64,000 bases of DNA from an uncultured Alphaproteobacteria bacterium. Lineage in GTDB: Bacteria; Pseudomonadota; Alphaproteobacteria; Rs-D84. Within the stretch, counting starts at the first letter, position 1, and each line of letters starts with the position of its first letter. The translations under genes were made by a program, and so were the position numbers. The stretch lies in the NCBI GenBank assembly GCA_944389535.1, contig CALXMS010000003.1:39419-103418 (forward strand). The letters run 5' to 3'. Positions 28,223 to 38,743 of this stretch are shown here, piece by piece. Under the pieces are notes generated by a model. The model had not been told where the DNA came from. It saw nothing but the letters and a program-made list of their open reading frames with translations, and did not search any database.

Positions 28223-30199
28223 TTATTTTACTTTTTCTAACACGAATTTCTTACCTTCTGCTATTTTCTTCATTAGGTCATTTCTAAAATATATTTGTGT
28301 TTTATTATCAATATCTAATCGCATCATATCTAATAACTGATGAACACTTTTTGCATACACATAGTAACCAGAAAAAATATTTCTACTTTTAGGTAATCTT
28401 AAGCGCAGATTTGTATCGTACACTAACCACATAGGTGTTGAAGGGTAGTCACTATTATTTTCTAATATTCCATGTATCGCCAAAACCGTATCATCACAAA
28501 ATAATTTAATCTCTGTATTTATATGTCGTGGTAATAATTTATTCCCATTCACCCACACTTCGTTATACACACCATTTAATGTTGTTTTTATATGCTTTAT
28601 TTTTATTCTTAGTAAACCATCTTCACTATAATCTATAATATTTTCTGGCGTAACATTAGGCTTCGAAAGCTTTTCATCTGCCAGCTGTGGTATAGATTCT
28701 TTTTTATTATTTGTAGCAAATTCTTCAATTGTTCCTTTGCCTAAATTTTCTATTTTATACCTTTGATTTGCTTCTTTTAAAAGACTGTTAATTAACTTAT
28801 TGTTAGATTCTATGCTACTTAATTCACCTATTTCAATCAACGGGCATATAAGGTATCCACAATTCTTAGATATAATTACTGTGTTTGTGTTTACGCCTTT
28901 TGCATTGATAACACCAGCTTCTGCTGGTACATTTTTTACCCTGCGATTAGTATCATAAGGAGAAATCACAATATAAGAACACGCACTGGGTGATTCCAAA
29001 AAAAGCTCATGACTTTTATCCATATATTTAATTATTTTAACGCCTGATTTAGATTCCTGTAAAACATTTCCAGTTTTTAAATTTATAACATATAACACAA
29101 AATTATTTACCGACCTTTTCTTTCTTACAATGGCAAAGTTTGATACCTCATCAAAAAAGACTAAATGATAAGGAACATTAGAACCGCTTAATAATCTAGC
29201 CGTTGTATATTCTTTTCCGAAACATAAATTATATTTGCCTTTACCAGTTAACACAGAGAATAATGGTACTTTTAAACCAACATCTAAATATTGTTGTTGG
29301 ACCATTTTTGGTTGTTTTTTTAAACTTTTTTTGGGTTTACGTATAAAAATTTGATTAGCTGCATCATAAGATGGAAATCTTTTAATCAATTCGTTTTGTA
29401 AAGATACATCTATTGGCATTCCATACTTCTTACAACGATAAAGTGCTACTTTTATATAAGCATCATTCGCTGTCGACCAATCCTTTTTCTTTTTGTGTCT
29501 TATCCGTATAAATCTTTGATTTATCGGATCATATGAAGAAAATCTTTTAGATAGTTCCGTATTTAAACTTTCATCTATAACTTTTTTATTACTTTTAAGA
29601 TTATAAAATAACTTTTTTAAACGATCGTCATCAATTATGCTTAAGTCTTTTTTTTGGAAAATTCTGTTAAACTTTTTGTTTTCTTTGTCATAACTTGGAA
29701 ACCTTTTTATAAGCTCTGTTTGTAGCGCATCTTCTATAGGTTTCCCAAATCTTTTCCTAGTATATAAAATACATTTTAAATTATCGTCACTTAACTTTGT
29801 CCAATCTTTTACCCTTGGTGCACGACGAAGCGTACGCGTTTTTTTATCATACTCAGGAAAACGTTTATGTAACTCTTGGCTTAATTCATCTTCGATTTTT
29901 AAACCGCGCTTATACCGATAATGATATGACGCACGTAAGCTTACATCAGACATTAATGACCACTCATATTGAGTTTTTCTACGGCTGACATATTTTCCTT
30001 CATTTTGTACGTTGAGTACGCTATTTTTTAAGGAAGGTTTAACAATACTTTTAACATATGCAGAAATCAAACTTATTGATAACAAAGGGGCAGACATTAT
30101 TATAGCTTTTTCTAATTCTGACACCGCCTTTACAACAGCTTGATCTTTTAATAAACTTTCAACAATATAAGTTGCTATAGATTCTTCTGTATTTTTCAT
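28223..30199 (-). CDS. Hypothetical protein with four tandem ~54-aa repeats built around an ELxKRFPSYD motif
   Basis: The repeats are SQELHKRFPEYDKKTRTLRRAPRVKDW..., QTELIKRFPSYDKENKKFNRIFQKKDL..., NTELSKRFSSYDPINQRFIRIRHKKKKDW... and QNELIKRFPSYDAANQIFIRKPKK.... There is no signal peptide. One possible N-terminal TM helix is IIMSAPLLSISLISAYVKSIV. Confidence 0.55.
   Translation of the reverse strand: MKNTEESIATYIVESLLKDQAVVKAVSELEKAIIMSAPLLSISLISAYVKSIVKPSLKNSVLNVQNEGKYVSRRKTQYEWSLMSDVSLRASYHYRYKRGLKIEDELSQELHKRFPEYDKKTRTLRRAPRVKDWTKLSDDNLKCILYTRKRFGKPIEDALQTELIKRFPSYDKENKKFNRIFQKKDLSIIDDDRLKKLFYNLKSNKKVIDESLNTELSKRFSSYDPINQRFIRIRHKKKKDWSTANDAYIKVALYRCKKYGMPIDVSLQNELIKRFPSYDAANQIFIRKPKKSLKKQPKMVQQQYLDVGLKVPLFSVLTGKGKYNLCFGKEYTTARLLSGSNVPYHLVFFDEVSNFAIVRKKRSVNNFVLYVINLKTGNVLQESKSGVKIIKYMDKSHELFLESPSACSYIVISPYDTNRRVKNVPAEAGVINAKGVNTNTVIISKNCGYLICPLIEIGELSSIESNNKLINSLLKEANQRYKIENLGKGTIEEFATNNKKESIPQLADEKLSKPNVTPENIIDYSEDGLLRIKIKHIKTTLNGVYNEVWVNGNKLLPRHINTEIKLFCDDTVLAIHGILENNSDYPSTPMWLVYDTNLRLRLPKSRNIFSGYYVYAKSVHQLLDMMRLDIDNKTQIYFRNDLMKKIAEGKKFVLEKVK
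29330..29900 (-). repeat. About four tandem repeats of ~162 nt (54 aa) within the coding sequence of the hypothetical protein
   Basis: They were derived from the protein-level repeats. Coordinates are approximate. Confidence 0.45.
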
Positions 30200-30239
30200 T
30201 ATTTAATACGTTTATATTTTTGCCCCCTCATTCAAAAAT

Positions 30240-32045
30240 TTATTTCCTTTTTTTATCTTTAAATTGTATATCACGAAGTTTTTTATACTCGCCATCCAAT
30301 GCAACCAGTTCCGCATCAGTTCCCTGCTCTACAATATGCCCATCTTTAACTACGCATATTATATCCGCATCTAAAATAGTTGAAAGACGATGAGCAATAA
30401 CAAACGTTGTACGACCGCGCATCAAATCCCGCAATGCCGACTGTATAAGCTTTTCACTTTGCGTATCTAGCGCCGAAGTCGCCTCATCCAATAATAAAAT
30501 TGGTGCATCTTTTAATATAGCACGTGCAATTGCAATACGCTGTTTTTGCCCTCCGGATAACAAAGCACCGCCTTCACCGACTTTAGATTTATACTTATGC
30601 GGGAACCCCATAATGAAATCATGCGCGTTCGCGGCCTTAGCGGCAGCCACAACTTGTTCCGATGTCGCATCTGGAGCACCGTATTTTATGTTATCTTCTA
30701 TGGTACCGTTAAAAAGAAAAACATCCTGAGAAACTTCTGCTATATTTTCACGCAAAGAATGCAAAGTGAACTTTTTAATATCTGTATTATTAATCTCAAT
30801 TTTACCTTTTTGCGGTTCGTAGAAACGTTCTATCAAATTAAACATTGTCGTCTTACCGCCACCAGACGGTCCGACCAAGGCGCAAACTTTACCTGCAGGA
30901 ACGTCAAGATTTATGTTCTGTAAAACTGGTTCGCCGGGAATATATTCAAAAAATACCTTATTAAATTTAACCGACATTTTACCCGGTTTTAAAATTTTAG
31001 CGTTTGGAGCATCTTCAATACTTGGTTTACTATCCAAGAAATCAAAAAGAACTTCTGCTGCTAATAACCCGTGCTGAACTGTATTGCTGGTACTTGTAAT
31101 GCTACGAGCAGGTTTATACGCCGCAGTAAGCGCCAATAAAAACGCCGTAAAGTCACCGGTAGTTATTGCACCCGTCACAATAAAATGACCACCTGCAATC
31201 ATTGCTAAGCACAAACCTATGGAAATCATTATTTCTAATAACGGAGACTGTAAAGCAAAGGCTTGAGTCCCTTTATACGAATTGACCATAGAGTTATTTA
31301 ATACATGGGAAAATTTTTTAGCTTCTGTTTCTTCGTTTGCAAATGCTTGTATAGTTTTTATTCCATGCAAAGTCTGATTTAAATGTTGTGATACGTCGTT
31401 CGCAATTCCGAAAGATTCACGTGATAACTTACGACGTTTACGCATGATAAGAACCATAGGAACCATAATTGCCGGTACCAAAAATATCAAAACAGCACAC
31501 AACTGTGGCGCATAATAAATCATCAAACCTAACGTCATTGCTAACGTAGCGATCTGCTGAACTGTATTTACCAATGTGTTTGTGACCAAATTCAAAACGG
31601 CCCCAGCCTGTACGCTGAAATAATTCAAATGTTTACCGATACCATCACCATAAAACTTAGCGATATCCATTTTAACCATGTGATCATAAATCCGTTGCTG
31701 TAAGGCTGCACTAGCATTTAAACCTGCTTTTGCCATCAGCAAAGATTTGGCATAACTAAACACGCCCTTAAAACCGAACGCCGCAATAATCTGAACTCCG
31801 AAAAAGTAAATATTCGCCATACTTTTCTGTATGAACGCCTTATCTACAACTTGTTGAACAAGCGTGATAGTATAAGCTTCTGCACCGGCAGCTAAAACAG
31901 TTGCGACAACACCTAATATCAACCACTTTAATTGAGGTTTACCTATTTCACGCCATACGCGTGCATATAACGACCACTTTATTCGACGATTATTTTCATC
32001 GCCTTTAAAAAGTTTTTTTACTTTTTTCTTTATATTCTTAAACAT
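30240..32045 (-). CDS. ABC transporter, fused permease and ATPase, MsbA-like lipid or multidrug exporter
   Basis: A six-TM N-terminal domain is followed by an ABC domain. The Walker A reads GPSGGGKTT, the signature LSGGQKQRIAIARA, and the Walker B ILLLDEATSALD. Confidence 0.88.
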   Translation of the reverse strand: MFKNIKKKVKKLFKGDENNRRIKWSLYARVWREIGKPQLKWLILGVVATVLAAGAEAYTITLVQQVVDKAFIQKSMANIYFFGVQIIAAFGFKGVFSYAKSLLMAKAGLNASAALQQRIYDHMVKMDIAKFYGDGIGKHLNYFSVQAGAVLNLVTNTLVNTVQQIATLAMTLGLMIYYAPQLCAVLIFLVPAIMVPMVLIMRKRRKLSRESFGIANDVSQHLNQTLHGIKTIQAFANEETEAKKFSHVLNNSMVNSYKGTQAFALQSPLLEIMISIGLCLAMIAGGHFIVTGAITTGDFTAFLLALTAAYKPARSITSTSNTVQHGLLAAEVLFDFLDSKPSIEDAPNAKILKPGKMSVKFNKVFFEYIPGEPVLQNINLDVPAGKVCALVGPSGGGKTTMFNLIERFYEPQKGKIEINNTDIKKFTLHSLRENIAEVSQDVFLFNGTIEDNIKYGAPDATSEQVVAAAKAANAHDFIMGFPHKYKSKVGEGGALLSGGQKQRIAIARAILKDAPILLLDEATSALDTQSEKLIQSALRDLMRGRTTFVIAHRLSTILDADIICVVKDGHIVEQGTDAELVALDGEYKKLRDIQFKDKKRK

Positions 32046-32187
32046 AGCACTATATTATATGTTGCGTTAATAAATCTGTCCAGTGAAAGATTCAGACCAT
32101 AAAAATGCATTTTTAATTTGACAACAACATCAAAAGTGTATAAAATCTGTGGGCTTTAAGATATTAAATGAAACAAAGCAAAGTTTT

Positions 32188-32263
32188 GGGGTCATAGCTC
32201 AGTTGGTAGAGCACCTGCTTTGCAAGCAGGGGGTCGTCAGTTCGAGTCTGATTGGCTCCACCA
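32188..32263 (+). tRNA. tRNA-Ala (anticodon UGC)
   Basis: The sequence is GGGGTCATAGCTCAGTTGGTAGAGCACCTGCTTTGCAAGCAGGGGGTCGTCAGTTCGAGTCTGATTGGCTCCACCA. The G3:U70 Ala identity pair is present. The anticodon loop is CUUUGCAAG. Confidence 0.92.
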
Positions 32264-32294
32264 AAATTAATGCGTTAAAGGGGGTGAATAACTG

Positions 32295-32501
32295 ATGGTA
32301 AAAGTTCTAGTTCGCGACAATAACGTTGAACAGGCGTTGCGCGTTGCAAAGCGTAAATCTCAGAAAGAAGGTCTGTATCGCGAAATGAAAGAACGTCAGC
32401 GTTATGAAAAACCAACTACAAAACGCAAACGTTTAAAAGAAGAAGCCGTTCGCAACGAAAAGAAGCGTCAATCAAAACAACGTATGGTTTTCGGTTTCTA
32501 A
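32295..32501 (+). CDS. rpsU: 30S ribosomal protein S21
   Basis: [51 protein letters not shown] matches the S21 signature (compare [28 protein letters not shown]...EKPTTERKR). Confidence 0.9.
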   Translation: MVKVLVRDNNVEQALRVAKRKSQKEGLYREMKERQRYEKPTTKRKRLKEEAVRNEKKRQSKQRMVFGF

Positions 32502-32511
32502 TCACAATAAA

Positions 32512-32538
32512 AATCTGCCGATTTGGCAGATTTTTTTA
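32512..32538 (+). terminator. Rho-independent terminator after rpsU. It is probably bidirectional and shared with clpX.
   Basis: The stem tctgcc/ggcaga has a gattt loop. An A-run precedes it and a 7-T run follows. Confidence 0.65.
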
Positions 32539-32550
32539 TTTTCTTACTTA

Positions 32551-33831
32551 TTAAGCCGCTTTTTTGGTATCACGCAATATCTCTATTGGCGGTTTCTTAC
32601 CCATGACAACGCTTTTATCTATGACTATTTCCGCCAAATCTTCTTTATCCGGTGCATCAAACATAGACTGCAGCAGCAGTTTTTCAAGTATGCTACGCAA
32701 ACCGCGAGCCCCCGTCTTACGAGCAACAGCTAATTTCGCAATTTCACGAAGCCCATCTTCAGTTATCGTAAGTTTAACACCATCTGTTTCCAACATAGCG
32801 GCATATTGCTTTACAATTGCATTTTTAGGTTCGGTCAAAATTTTAACTAGTGCGGCCTCATCTAATTCTTGCAACGTTGTGACAACCGGTAATCGACCGA
32901 CCAATTCTGGAATTATCCCAAATTTCACTAAATCTTCTGGTTGCACGTCATCTAAATAATTTTTTGATTCACGATCCTTTTTGGACTGAACGTTTGCCCC
33001 AAAACCTATACCCGCACGCTCATTTTTACGTGAACCTATAATCTTATTTAAACCATCAAACGCTCCGCCACAGATGAATAATATTTTACTGGTATCAAGC
33101 TGTACAGTTGCTTCACCTGGATGCTTACGCCCCGCACCACCGGCCGGAACGTTTGCGACTGTACCTTCCACCAATTTTAACAATGCTTGTTGAACGCCTT
33201 CACCAGATACGTCTCTGGTCAAAGAAGGGTTTTCAGACTTACGAGCAATCTTATCTATTTCATCAATATATATTATTCCGCGCCCGGCACGTTCCACATC
33301 AAAATTAGCGTTTTGTAACAAACGCGTAAGAACGCTTTCAACATCGTCACCGACATAGCCCGCCTCAGTTAAAGTCGTGGCATCGGCAATAGCAAAAGGT
33401 ACGTCTAATATTCTTGCCAAAGTTTGCGCAAATAATGTCTTACCGGTTCCGGTAGGTCCAATCAACAAAACATTAGATTTTTGAATTTCTACGTTAGTAT
33501 TTATTGCAACGCTGTGACGTTTATAGTGATTATATACAGCGACAGACAATGTACGTTTGGCATCGTCTTGACCGATAATATACTCATTTAAGAAATTATA
33601 AATCTGACGTGGCGTCGGCAATTTGGACTTATCATGCCCAACTTCTGCCTTCATATCATCCGCCATGATATCGTTACACAAATTTATACATTCATCACAT
33701 ATACAAACGTTTCGACCACTTACAAGTTTTTTTACCTCATAAACAGCCTTACCACAAAAACTACAAAATTGCGGTGTTCCACCCGTCTGATTTTCTTCTG
33801 TAGATTTTATCTTATCGTCGCTCATATCCAA
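32551..33831 (-). CDS. clpX: ATP-dependent Clp protease ATP-binding subunit ClpX
   Basis: The N-terminal C4 zinc-binding domain reads CSFCGK...CICDECI. The Walker A is GPTGTGKTL. The IGF-like loop region is present. The gene lies downstream of clpP. Confidence 0.93.
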   Translation of the reverse strand: MDMSDDKIKSTEENQTGGTPQFCSFCGKAVYEVKKLVSGRNVCICDECINLCNDIMADDMKAEVGHDKSKLPTPRQIYNFLNEYIIGQDDAKRTLSVAVYNHYKRHSVAINTNVEIQKSNVLLIGPTGTGKTLFAQTLARILDVPFAIADATTLTEAGYVGDDVESVLTRLLQNANFDVERAGRGIIYIDEIDKIARKSENPSLTRDVSGEGVQQALLKLVEGTVANVPAGGAGRKHPGEATVQLDTSKILFICGGAFDGLNKIIGSRKNERAGIGFGANVQSKKDRESKNYLDDVQPEDLVKFGIIPELVGRLPVVTTLQELDEAALVKILTEPKNAIVKQYAAMLETDGVKLTITEDGLREIAKLAVARKTGARGLRSILEKLLLQSMFDAPDKEDLAEIVIDKSVVMGKKPPIEILRDTKKAA

Positions 33832-33856
33832 AATTCTCCCACGCCTTCAGATAAAT

Positions 33857-34438
33857 TTATTTACGTTTTAATACCCCGTCTATTAAACCAAAGTCTTTAG
33901 CTTCATCAGGTGTCATCCAATTATCTCGTTCCATTGCATCAAATAATTCTTTTTCTTTGCGCCCTGTGAATTCAGACATCTGTTTAATCAATGCTTTTTT
34001 ATTCTTTTGATACTGGGTCATACGAATTTCCATATCTGTAATTTGACCTTCTGCCCCAGCCAATGGTTGATGTATCATTATTTGAGTATTAGGTAATACG
34101 AACCTTTTACCCTTTTCACCGGCAGCCAATAAAACAGAGCCCATCGACGCCACCAATCCCATACCAATAGTAGAAACAGGAGATTTAATATACTGCATAG
34201 TATCCATAATCGCCCAACCAGCAGAAACGTCACCACCAGGAGAATTTATATACAAAGATATTTCTGCATTTGGGTTTTCTGATTCTAAAAACAACAACTG
34301 CGCCACGACTGTATTTGCCATATTCGGTTCAATTTGCCCGTTTATCATGACAATACGATCGCGTAGTAATCTAGAATAAATATCAAAAGACCGTTCACCA
34401 CGTGGTGATTCTTCAATAACAACAGGTATTAAAGCCAT
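33857..34438 (-). CDS. clpP: ATP-dependent Clp protease proteolytic subunit ClpP
   Basis: It carries [64 protein letters not shown]. The Ser, His and Asp catalytic-triad context is present. Confidence 0.93.
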   Translation of the reverse strand: MALIPVVIEESPRGERSFDIYSRLLRDRIVMINGQIEPNMANTVVAQLLFLESENPNAEISLYINSPGGDVSAGWAIMDTMQYIKSPVSTIGMGLVASMGSVLLAAGEKGKRFVLPNTQIMIHQPLAGAEGQITDMEIRMTQYQKNKKALIKQMSEFTGRKEKELFDAMERDNWMTPDEAKDFGLIDGVLKRK

Positions 34439-34544
34439 TTCATCAAATCCTTACTTTTATAAATAAAACTATACCATACAAAAACCCGATTCGCGAATTT
34501 ATCATATATATAGTCATATTATTAAAAAAAACAAGATTTTGCTT

Positions 34545-35645
34545 TTAAGCGACTTTTTTCATATCACGTTTGATACCGCGAACATATTTCCGCAATTCAT
34601 CAATCGGGACCAAAGACCCGTCACGCTTTTCGGCTGACCAGTAATCCCAACCGTTAAAACTTACACTGCGCTGTAATTTTGCCGCCATAACATGAATGGA
34701 AGCCTTGCCATGTAAAGAATGAGCCAACATACCATCCTTAGTAATCATAACTCGTTCCCCACGAGGACTTACCAACGTCTGCCCAACATATAAAAGGCCC
34801 GCCTCTATCAACTCTTTGAAAGCGACGCGAACTTCTGCCCTTTTGGGTATTGCAACTTCTATTTCAGATATATTTATCGGTTTAACCGCGTCAACACGTG
34901 CACGAGCAGCCGCAACATACGCCTCTTCACGCTCTATACCGATAAAGTTACGACCTAACTCTTTTGCGGCCGCAGCTGTTGTTCCGCTTCCTAAGAAAGG
35001 ATCTAAAATAACATCTCCTTGCTTTGTGGAAGCCAAAATTACACGACGCAATAATTCTAGTGGTTTCTGGGTATTATGTAAACTTTTACCATCAGCCCCC
35101 TTTATACGTTCTTCGCCAAGACAAATATTAATATTCCAGTCGGAACGCATTTGTTTTCCGCCGTTTAGCTTTTTCATGGTTTCATAATTAAACGTATATT
35201 TACCAGTTTTACGGGGCGTTGCCCAAATTAAAGTCTCGTGTGCATTAGTAAATCGCGTTCCACGAAAATTCGGCATAGGATTGGTTTTTACCCAGACAAT
35301 ATCATTTAAAATCCAAAAACCCAAATCCTGCAAAATGGCTCCAACGCGAAATATATTATGATAACTTCCTATTACCCAAAGAGCACCATCAGGTTTTAAA
35401 ACGCGTTTACATTCCGCCAACCAAGCACGAGTAAAAATGTCATATTCTTCCTGACTATCAAACGAGTCCCAAGAATCACGAACCGCACGAGCAGCAGTTT
35501 GGTCTTCTGGCCGATAAAGCGTTTTTGCCCCCAATTGCAAATTATAAGGAGAATCAGCAAAAACAGCATCAACCGATGCATCGGGAATTCCGCGCATTAC
35601 CTCAACGCAATCACCGGTTAAAATCTTATTCAAATATTTTTCCAT
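34545..35645 (-). CDS. ccrM: CcrM-type N6-adenine DNA methyltransferase (beta class, GANTC-specific family) with the C-terminal non-specific DNA-binding domain
   Basis: It aligns along nearly its full length with Caulobacter CcrM. Shared blocks include FADSPYNLQL (motif IV), WVIGSYHNIFRVG, FWILNDIVWVKTNPMPNFRGTRFTNAHETLIWA, ERIKGADGK..HNTQKP and DPFLGSGTT (motif I), plus a C-terminal ~90-aa extension. Confidence 0.88.
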   Translation of the reverse strand: MEKYLNKILTGDCVEVMRGIPDASVDAVFADSPYNLQLGAKTLYRPEDQTAARAVRDSWDSFDSQEEYDIFTRAWLAECKRVLKPDGALWVIGSYHNIFRVGAILQDLGFWILNDIVWVKTNPMPNFRGTRFTNAHETLIWATPRKTGKYTFNYETMKKLNGGKQMRSDWNINICLGEERIKGADGKSLHNTQKPLELLRRVILASTKQGDVILDPFLGSGTTAAAAKELGRNFIGIEREEAYVAAARARVDAVKPINISEIEVAIPKRAEVRVAFKELIEAGLLYVGQTLVSPRGERVMITKDGMLAHSLHGKASIHVMAAKLQRSVSFNGWDYWSAEKRDGSLVPIDELRKYVRGIKRDMKKVA

Positions 35646-35821
35646 CTCTCTCTGGTCTCAAAACACATTTTACCATAAAAAGCCCCTATTAAAAAGCCGT
35701 TCCGAAGCATAACGAATAAAATAAAATGCTTGATTTTTATAAAAAGTGCATTTTTTGGTAATGGGGTTATAAATCAATTTCTACTTTACAGGGGTGGATT
35801 TGATTGCTACCGTATACCAGT

Positions 35822-36322
35822 ATGAGATGTCCATATTGTAATTCAACCGACAGTCGTGTAACCGACTCACGTCCAGATACCGAAGATGCAATTATTCGGC
35901 GACGTCGCGTTTGCAATCAATGCGGCGCAAAGTTTACAACTGTCGAGCGCGTACAAATGCGCGATCTTATGGTACGCAAAAACAGCGGTAAGTTAGAAGC
36001 TTTTGATCGTGAAAAATTACGTCGCAGCATAAAATTGGCGTGCAGAAACCGTGACGTTGGCGACGAACAAATTGAAAAATTAGTTACATCTATACATCGT
36101 AGACTGGAAACAGAAACAGCTGATGATACGGTAAGCAGTGCCATGGTCGGTCAGATGGTTTCTGATTCATTATTAAACTTAGACCCGATCGCGTTTGTAC
36201 GTTTTGTATCTGTGTACCGTAAGTTTTCGCGTATATCGGATTTTAAGAAAATTCTTGATCAAATACCAGAAGCGGAAGAAGGTGCCGCCGTTTGTAAATT
36301 GCCGAAAACATCACTATTTTGA
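35822..36322 (+). CDS. nrdR: Transcriptional repressor NrdR
   Basis: The zinc ribbon reads MRCPYCNSTDSRVTDSR...VCNQCGAKFTTVERV, followed by an ATP-cone domain. The ORF is open from 35804. The MRCPYC start at 35822 matches the usual NrdR N-terminus. Confidence 0.88.
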   Translation: MRCPYCNSTDSRVTDSRPDTEDAIIRRRRVCNQCGAKFTTVERVQMRDLMVRKNSGKLEAFDREKLRRSIKLACRNRDVGDEQIEKLVTSIHRRLETETADDTVSSAMVGQMVSDSLLNLDPIAFVRFVSVYRKFSRISDFKKILDQIPEAEEGAAVCKLPKTSLF

Positions 36323-38061
36323 CAGCCGACATGAAGAAAATACTAACATTTTTAATAGCAATACTATTGCCTATAGGGGCAGTTGCGGCTGACATGCCAA
36401 GTATAAACATATTATCAGAATCAGATGAAACTTTGTACAAGCAAATATTCCTTTTACAATCAAAAGAGGAAATCAGTGCAGCCCAAACTCTTGAAACGCA
36501 ACTGACAGATGATATTTTGATGAATGAGGTTTTATATCAAAGATACATTTCAGACACATATCGCACACGCGGTAAAGAACTCAAAGCATGGATGGACAAA
36601 TATTATGATATGCCGGGTGCCGAACGTATGGAAAAATTAGCAAAAATAAAACAGGCAACCGTTCGTAAAGCCTATGTTCCAAGAACAATCGCTGGTGGGG
36701 CGTCAATAGAAACAGCACAATCAGAAACTTGGACAGAAAAGAAATATACCGGAGAAACAAATACAAAAATAAACAAATTTAAACGTGCAATACGCAGCGG
36801 TGCGACGAAAACGGCACGCCTCATACTAGAAGACCCGGCATTTAAGAAAAAATTAACAGAATCTGACTATGGACGCTTAGCAGGAAGATTATCTTTTATA
36901 TATTATACCAACGGGGAATTTGAATTAGCAAAGAAATGGGGATTTGTTGCATCAGATGCAAAGTCTGAATACGGTTTGTGGGCAATGGGGTTATTGTATT
37001 TCAAAGAAGAAAAATATGACGAAAGTGAAAAATATTTTAGCGCCATTTTAGATCTTGAACAAATAAATAACGCCAGAAAAACCGAAGCTGCATTTTGGGC
37101 TGGTCGCGCAGCCGAAGCAAACGGGAATAGAACAGATGCAAAAACTTATTGGAAAATAGCAGCCACACATCCAATGGCGTTTTATGGTGCTCTGGCCTCT
37201 GTGATGCTTGGTCATACACCAAATTATGAGTTTTTTGAACAAGAATATACCGAAGAAGATATTGATACTTTACGCGAAACGAAATACGGAAAAAAAGCCT
37301 TAGCACTGCTACAAGTCGGTCAGAAAGATCGGGCAGAATTATATCTAAAATATATGATAACATCAAAAATTAGTGACAGAACTTTACATGCAATAAATTC
37401 TATAGCAACAGCATACGGTTTACCCAGAGTATCTATTCAAGCCTCAAGTTTGGTAAAAGATCGCGGAATTCTAGAAATTGATGATAACATCATTTATTCG
37501 GCGCAGTACCCCCTGCCCGATTGGGAACCAATGGGCGGTTGGTCTATTGATCGTGCCCTATTGTTGGCTATAACGAAACAAGAAAGCGGATTCAGAGCAA
37601 ACGCAAAATCTGGTGCAGGTGCAAACGGTTTAATGCAGATCATGCCAAGCACAGCAAAAAAAGTCGCAAAAGAAAATAAAGTAAATATATCAGAAATTGA
37701 CATGTCGAACCCAGAACATAATATGTTTTTAGGTCAACAATATATTGTAGATTTACTGGCACATCAAAATATCAATAACAATATCATAAAAATGCTGGCA
37801 GCCTATAATGCGGGTATGGGCACCTTGGTTGAGTTTGAAAAAAATTTTGAAACTTACGATCCTCTTCTATATATAGAAAGCTTTCCTACTTATGAAACGC
37901 GCAGTTATATAAAACGTGTTATGTCTAACATGTGGTTATATCGCGCACGTTTAGATCAACCGTTAACAACAATGAAAGAATTGGCTGATGGGGAATGGCC
38001 CTTGTACAATAGCGAAGATGAATACGTACAAAAACAAATTGCTGATCGTATGTCTATATAA
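36319..38061 (+). CDS. Soluble lytic murein transglycosylase (Slt family), periplasmic
   Basis: There is a signal peptide. A superhelical TPR-like N-terminal region is followed by a C-terminal SLT catalytic domain with ESGFRANAKSGAGANGLMQIMPSTA. Confidence 0.85.
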   Translation: MTADMKKILTFLIAILLPIGAVAADMPSINILSESDETLYKQIFLLQSKEEISAAQTLETQLTDDILMNEVLYQRYISDTYRTRGKELKAWMDKYYDMPGAERMEKLAKIKQATVRKAYVPRTIAGGASIETAQSETWTEKKYTGETNTKINKFKRAIRSGATKTARLILEDPAFKKKLTESDYGRLAGRLSFIYYTNGEFELAKKWGFVASDAKSEYGLWAMGLLYFKEEKYDESEKYFSAILDLEQINNARKTEAAFWAGRAAEANGNRTDAKTYWKIAATHPMAFYGALASVMLGHTPNYEFFEQEYTEEDIDTLRETKYGKKALALLQVGQKDRAELYLKYMITSKISDRTLHAINSIATAYGLPRVSIQASSLVKDRGILEIDDNIIYSAQYPLPDWEPMGGWSIDRALLLAITKQESGFRANAKSGAGANGLMQIMPSTAKKVAKENKVNISEIDMSNPEHNMFLGQQYIVDLLAHQNINNNIIKMLAAYNAGMGTLVEFEKNFETYDPLLYIESFPTYETRSYIKRVMSNMWLYRARLDQPLTTMKELADGEWPLYNSEDEYVQKQIADRMSI

Positions 38062-38107
38062 AAATTCTATTTAATTAACGTAATAATGGTGATATCTTTT
38101 TATTACT

Positions 38108-38743
38108 ATGAAGATAAACCCTACTTTTGAATTAGAACGAAACTGTGGCTTTGATGTTGTAGCTGGGGTTGACGAAGCCGGTCGCGGTCCCCTATGCGGT
38201 CCCGTTGTTGCGGCCGCGGTAATATTTACCGACACCAAATTAGAGATTCCGGTAACCATCAGGGATTCAAAACAAATGACGCCAAAAATGCGCGCAGCAG
38301 CATATGATTGGCTAACGCATAATACTGTATGGGCCGTTGCTGAATGCAGCCCAGCCGAAATAGACGAAATGAATATATTACAGGCGTCTTTAACGGCTAT
38401 GACGCGCGCAGTTAATAAACTAAGCTGTAAGCCACAATTTTGCTTAATAGACGGGAACAAATTGCCGCCATTTTTAACTGGTGCACCTATTATAAAAGGC
38501 GATACAAAGTCTTTATCTATTGCTGCAGCATCCATAATAGCAAAAGAAACGCGAGATAAAATAATGCATGAATTAGCGCAAAAATACCCTATGTATAATT
38601 GGGATAAAAATGCAGGTTACCCAACTGCAGATCATTTGCGTGCGATAGATAAATATGGTATAAACGAACATTATAGAAAAAGTTATAAACCTATAAAAGA
38701 AAGGATGACAAAAAATGAAACTACGTACGATAGAAAACATTGA
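38108..38743 (+). CDS. rnhB: Ribonuclease HII
   Basis: It carries VAGVDEAGRGPLCGPVVAAAVI and a downstream DSK motif. Confidence 0.9.
   Translation: MKINPTFELERNCGFDVVAGVDEAGRGPLCGPVVAAAVIFTDTKLEIPVTIRDSKQMTPKMRAAAYDWLTHNTVWAVAECSPAEIDEMNILQASLTAMTRAVNKLSCKPQFCLIDGNKLPPFLTGAPIIKGDTKSLSIAAASIIAKETRDKIMHELAQKYPMYNWDKNAGYPTADHLRAIDKYGINEHYRKSYKPIKERMTKNETTYDRKH

Noticed and set aside
34545-35645. CcrM as part of an R-M system
   Set aside because: CcrM orthologs are solitary cell-cycle methyltransferases in alphaproteobacteria. No endonuclease gene is adjacent; the neighbours are clpP and nrdR.
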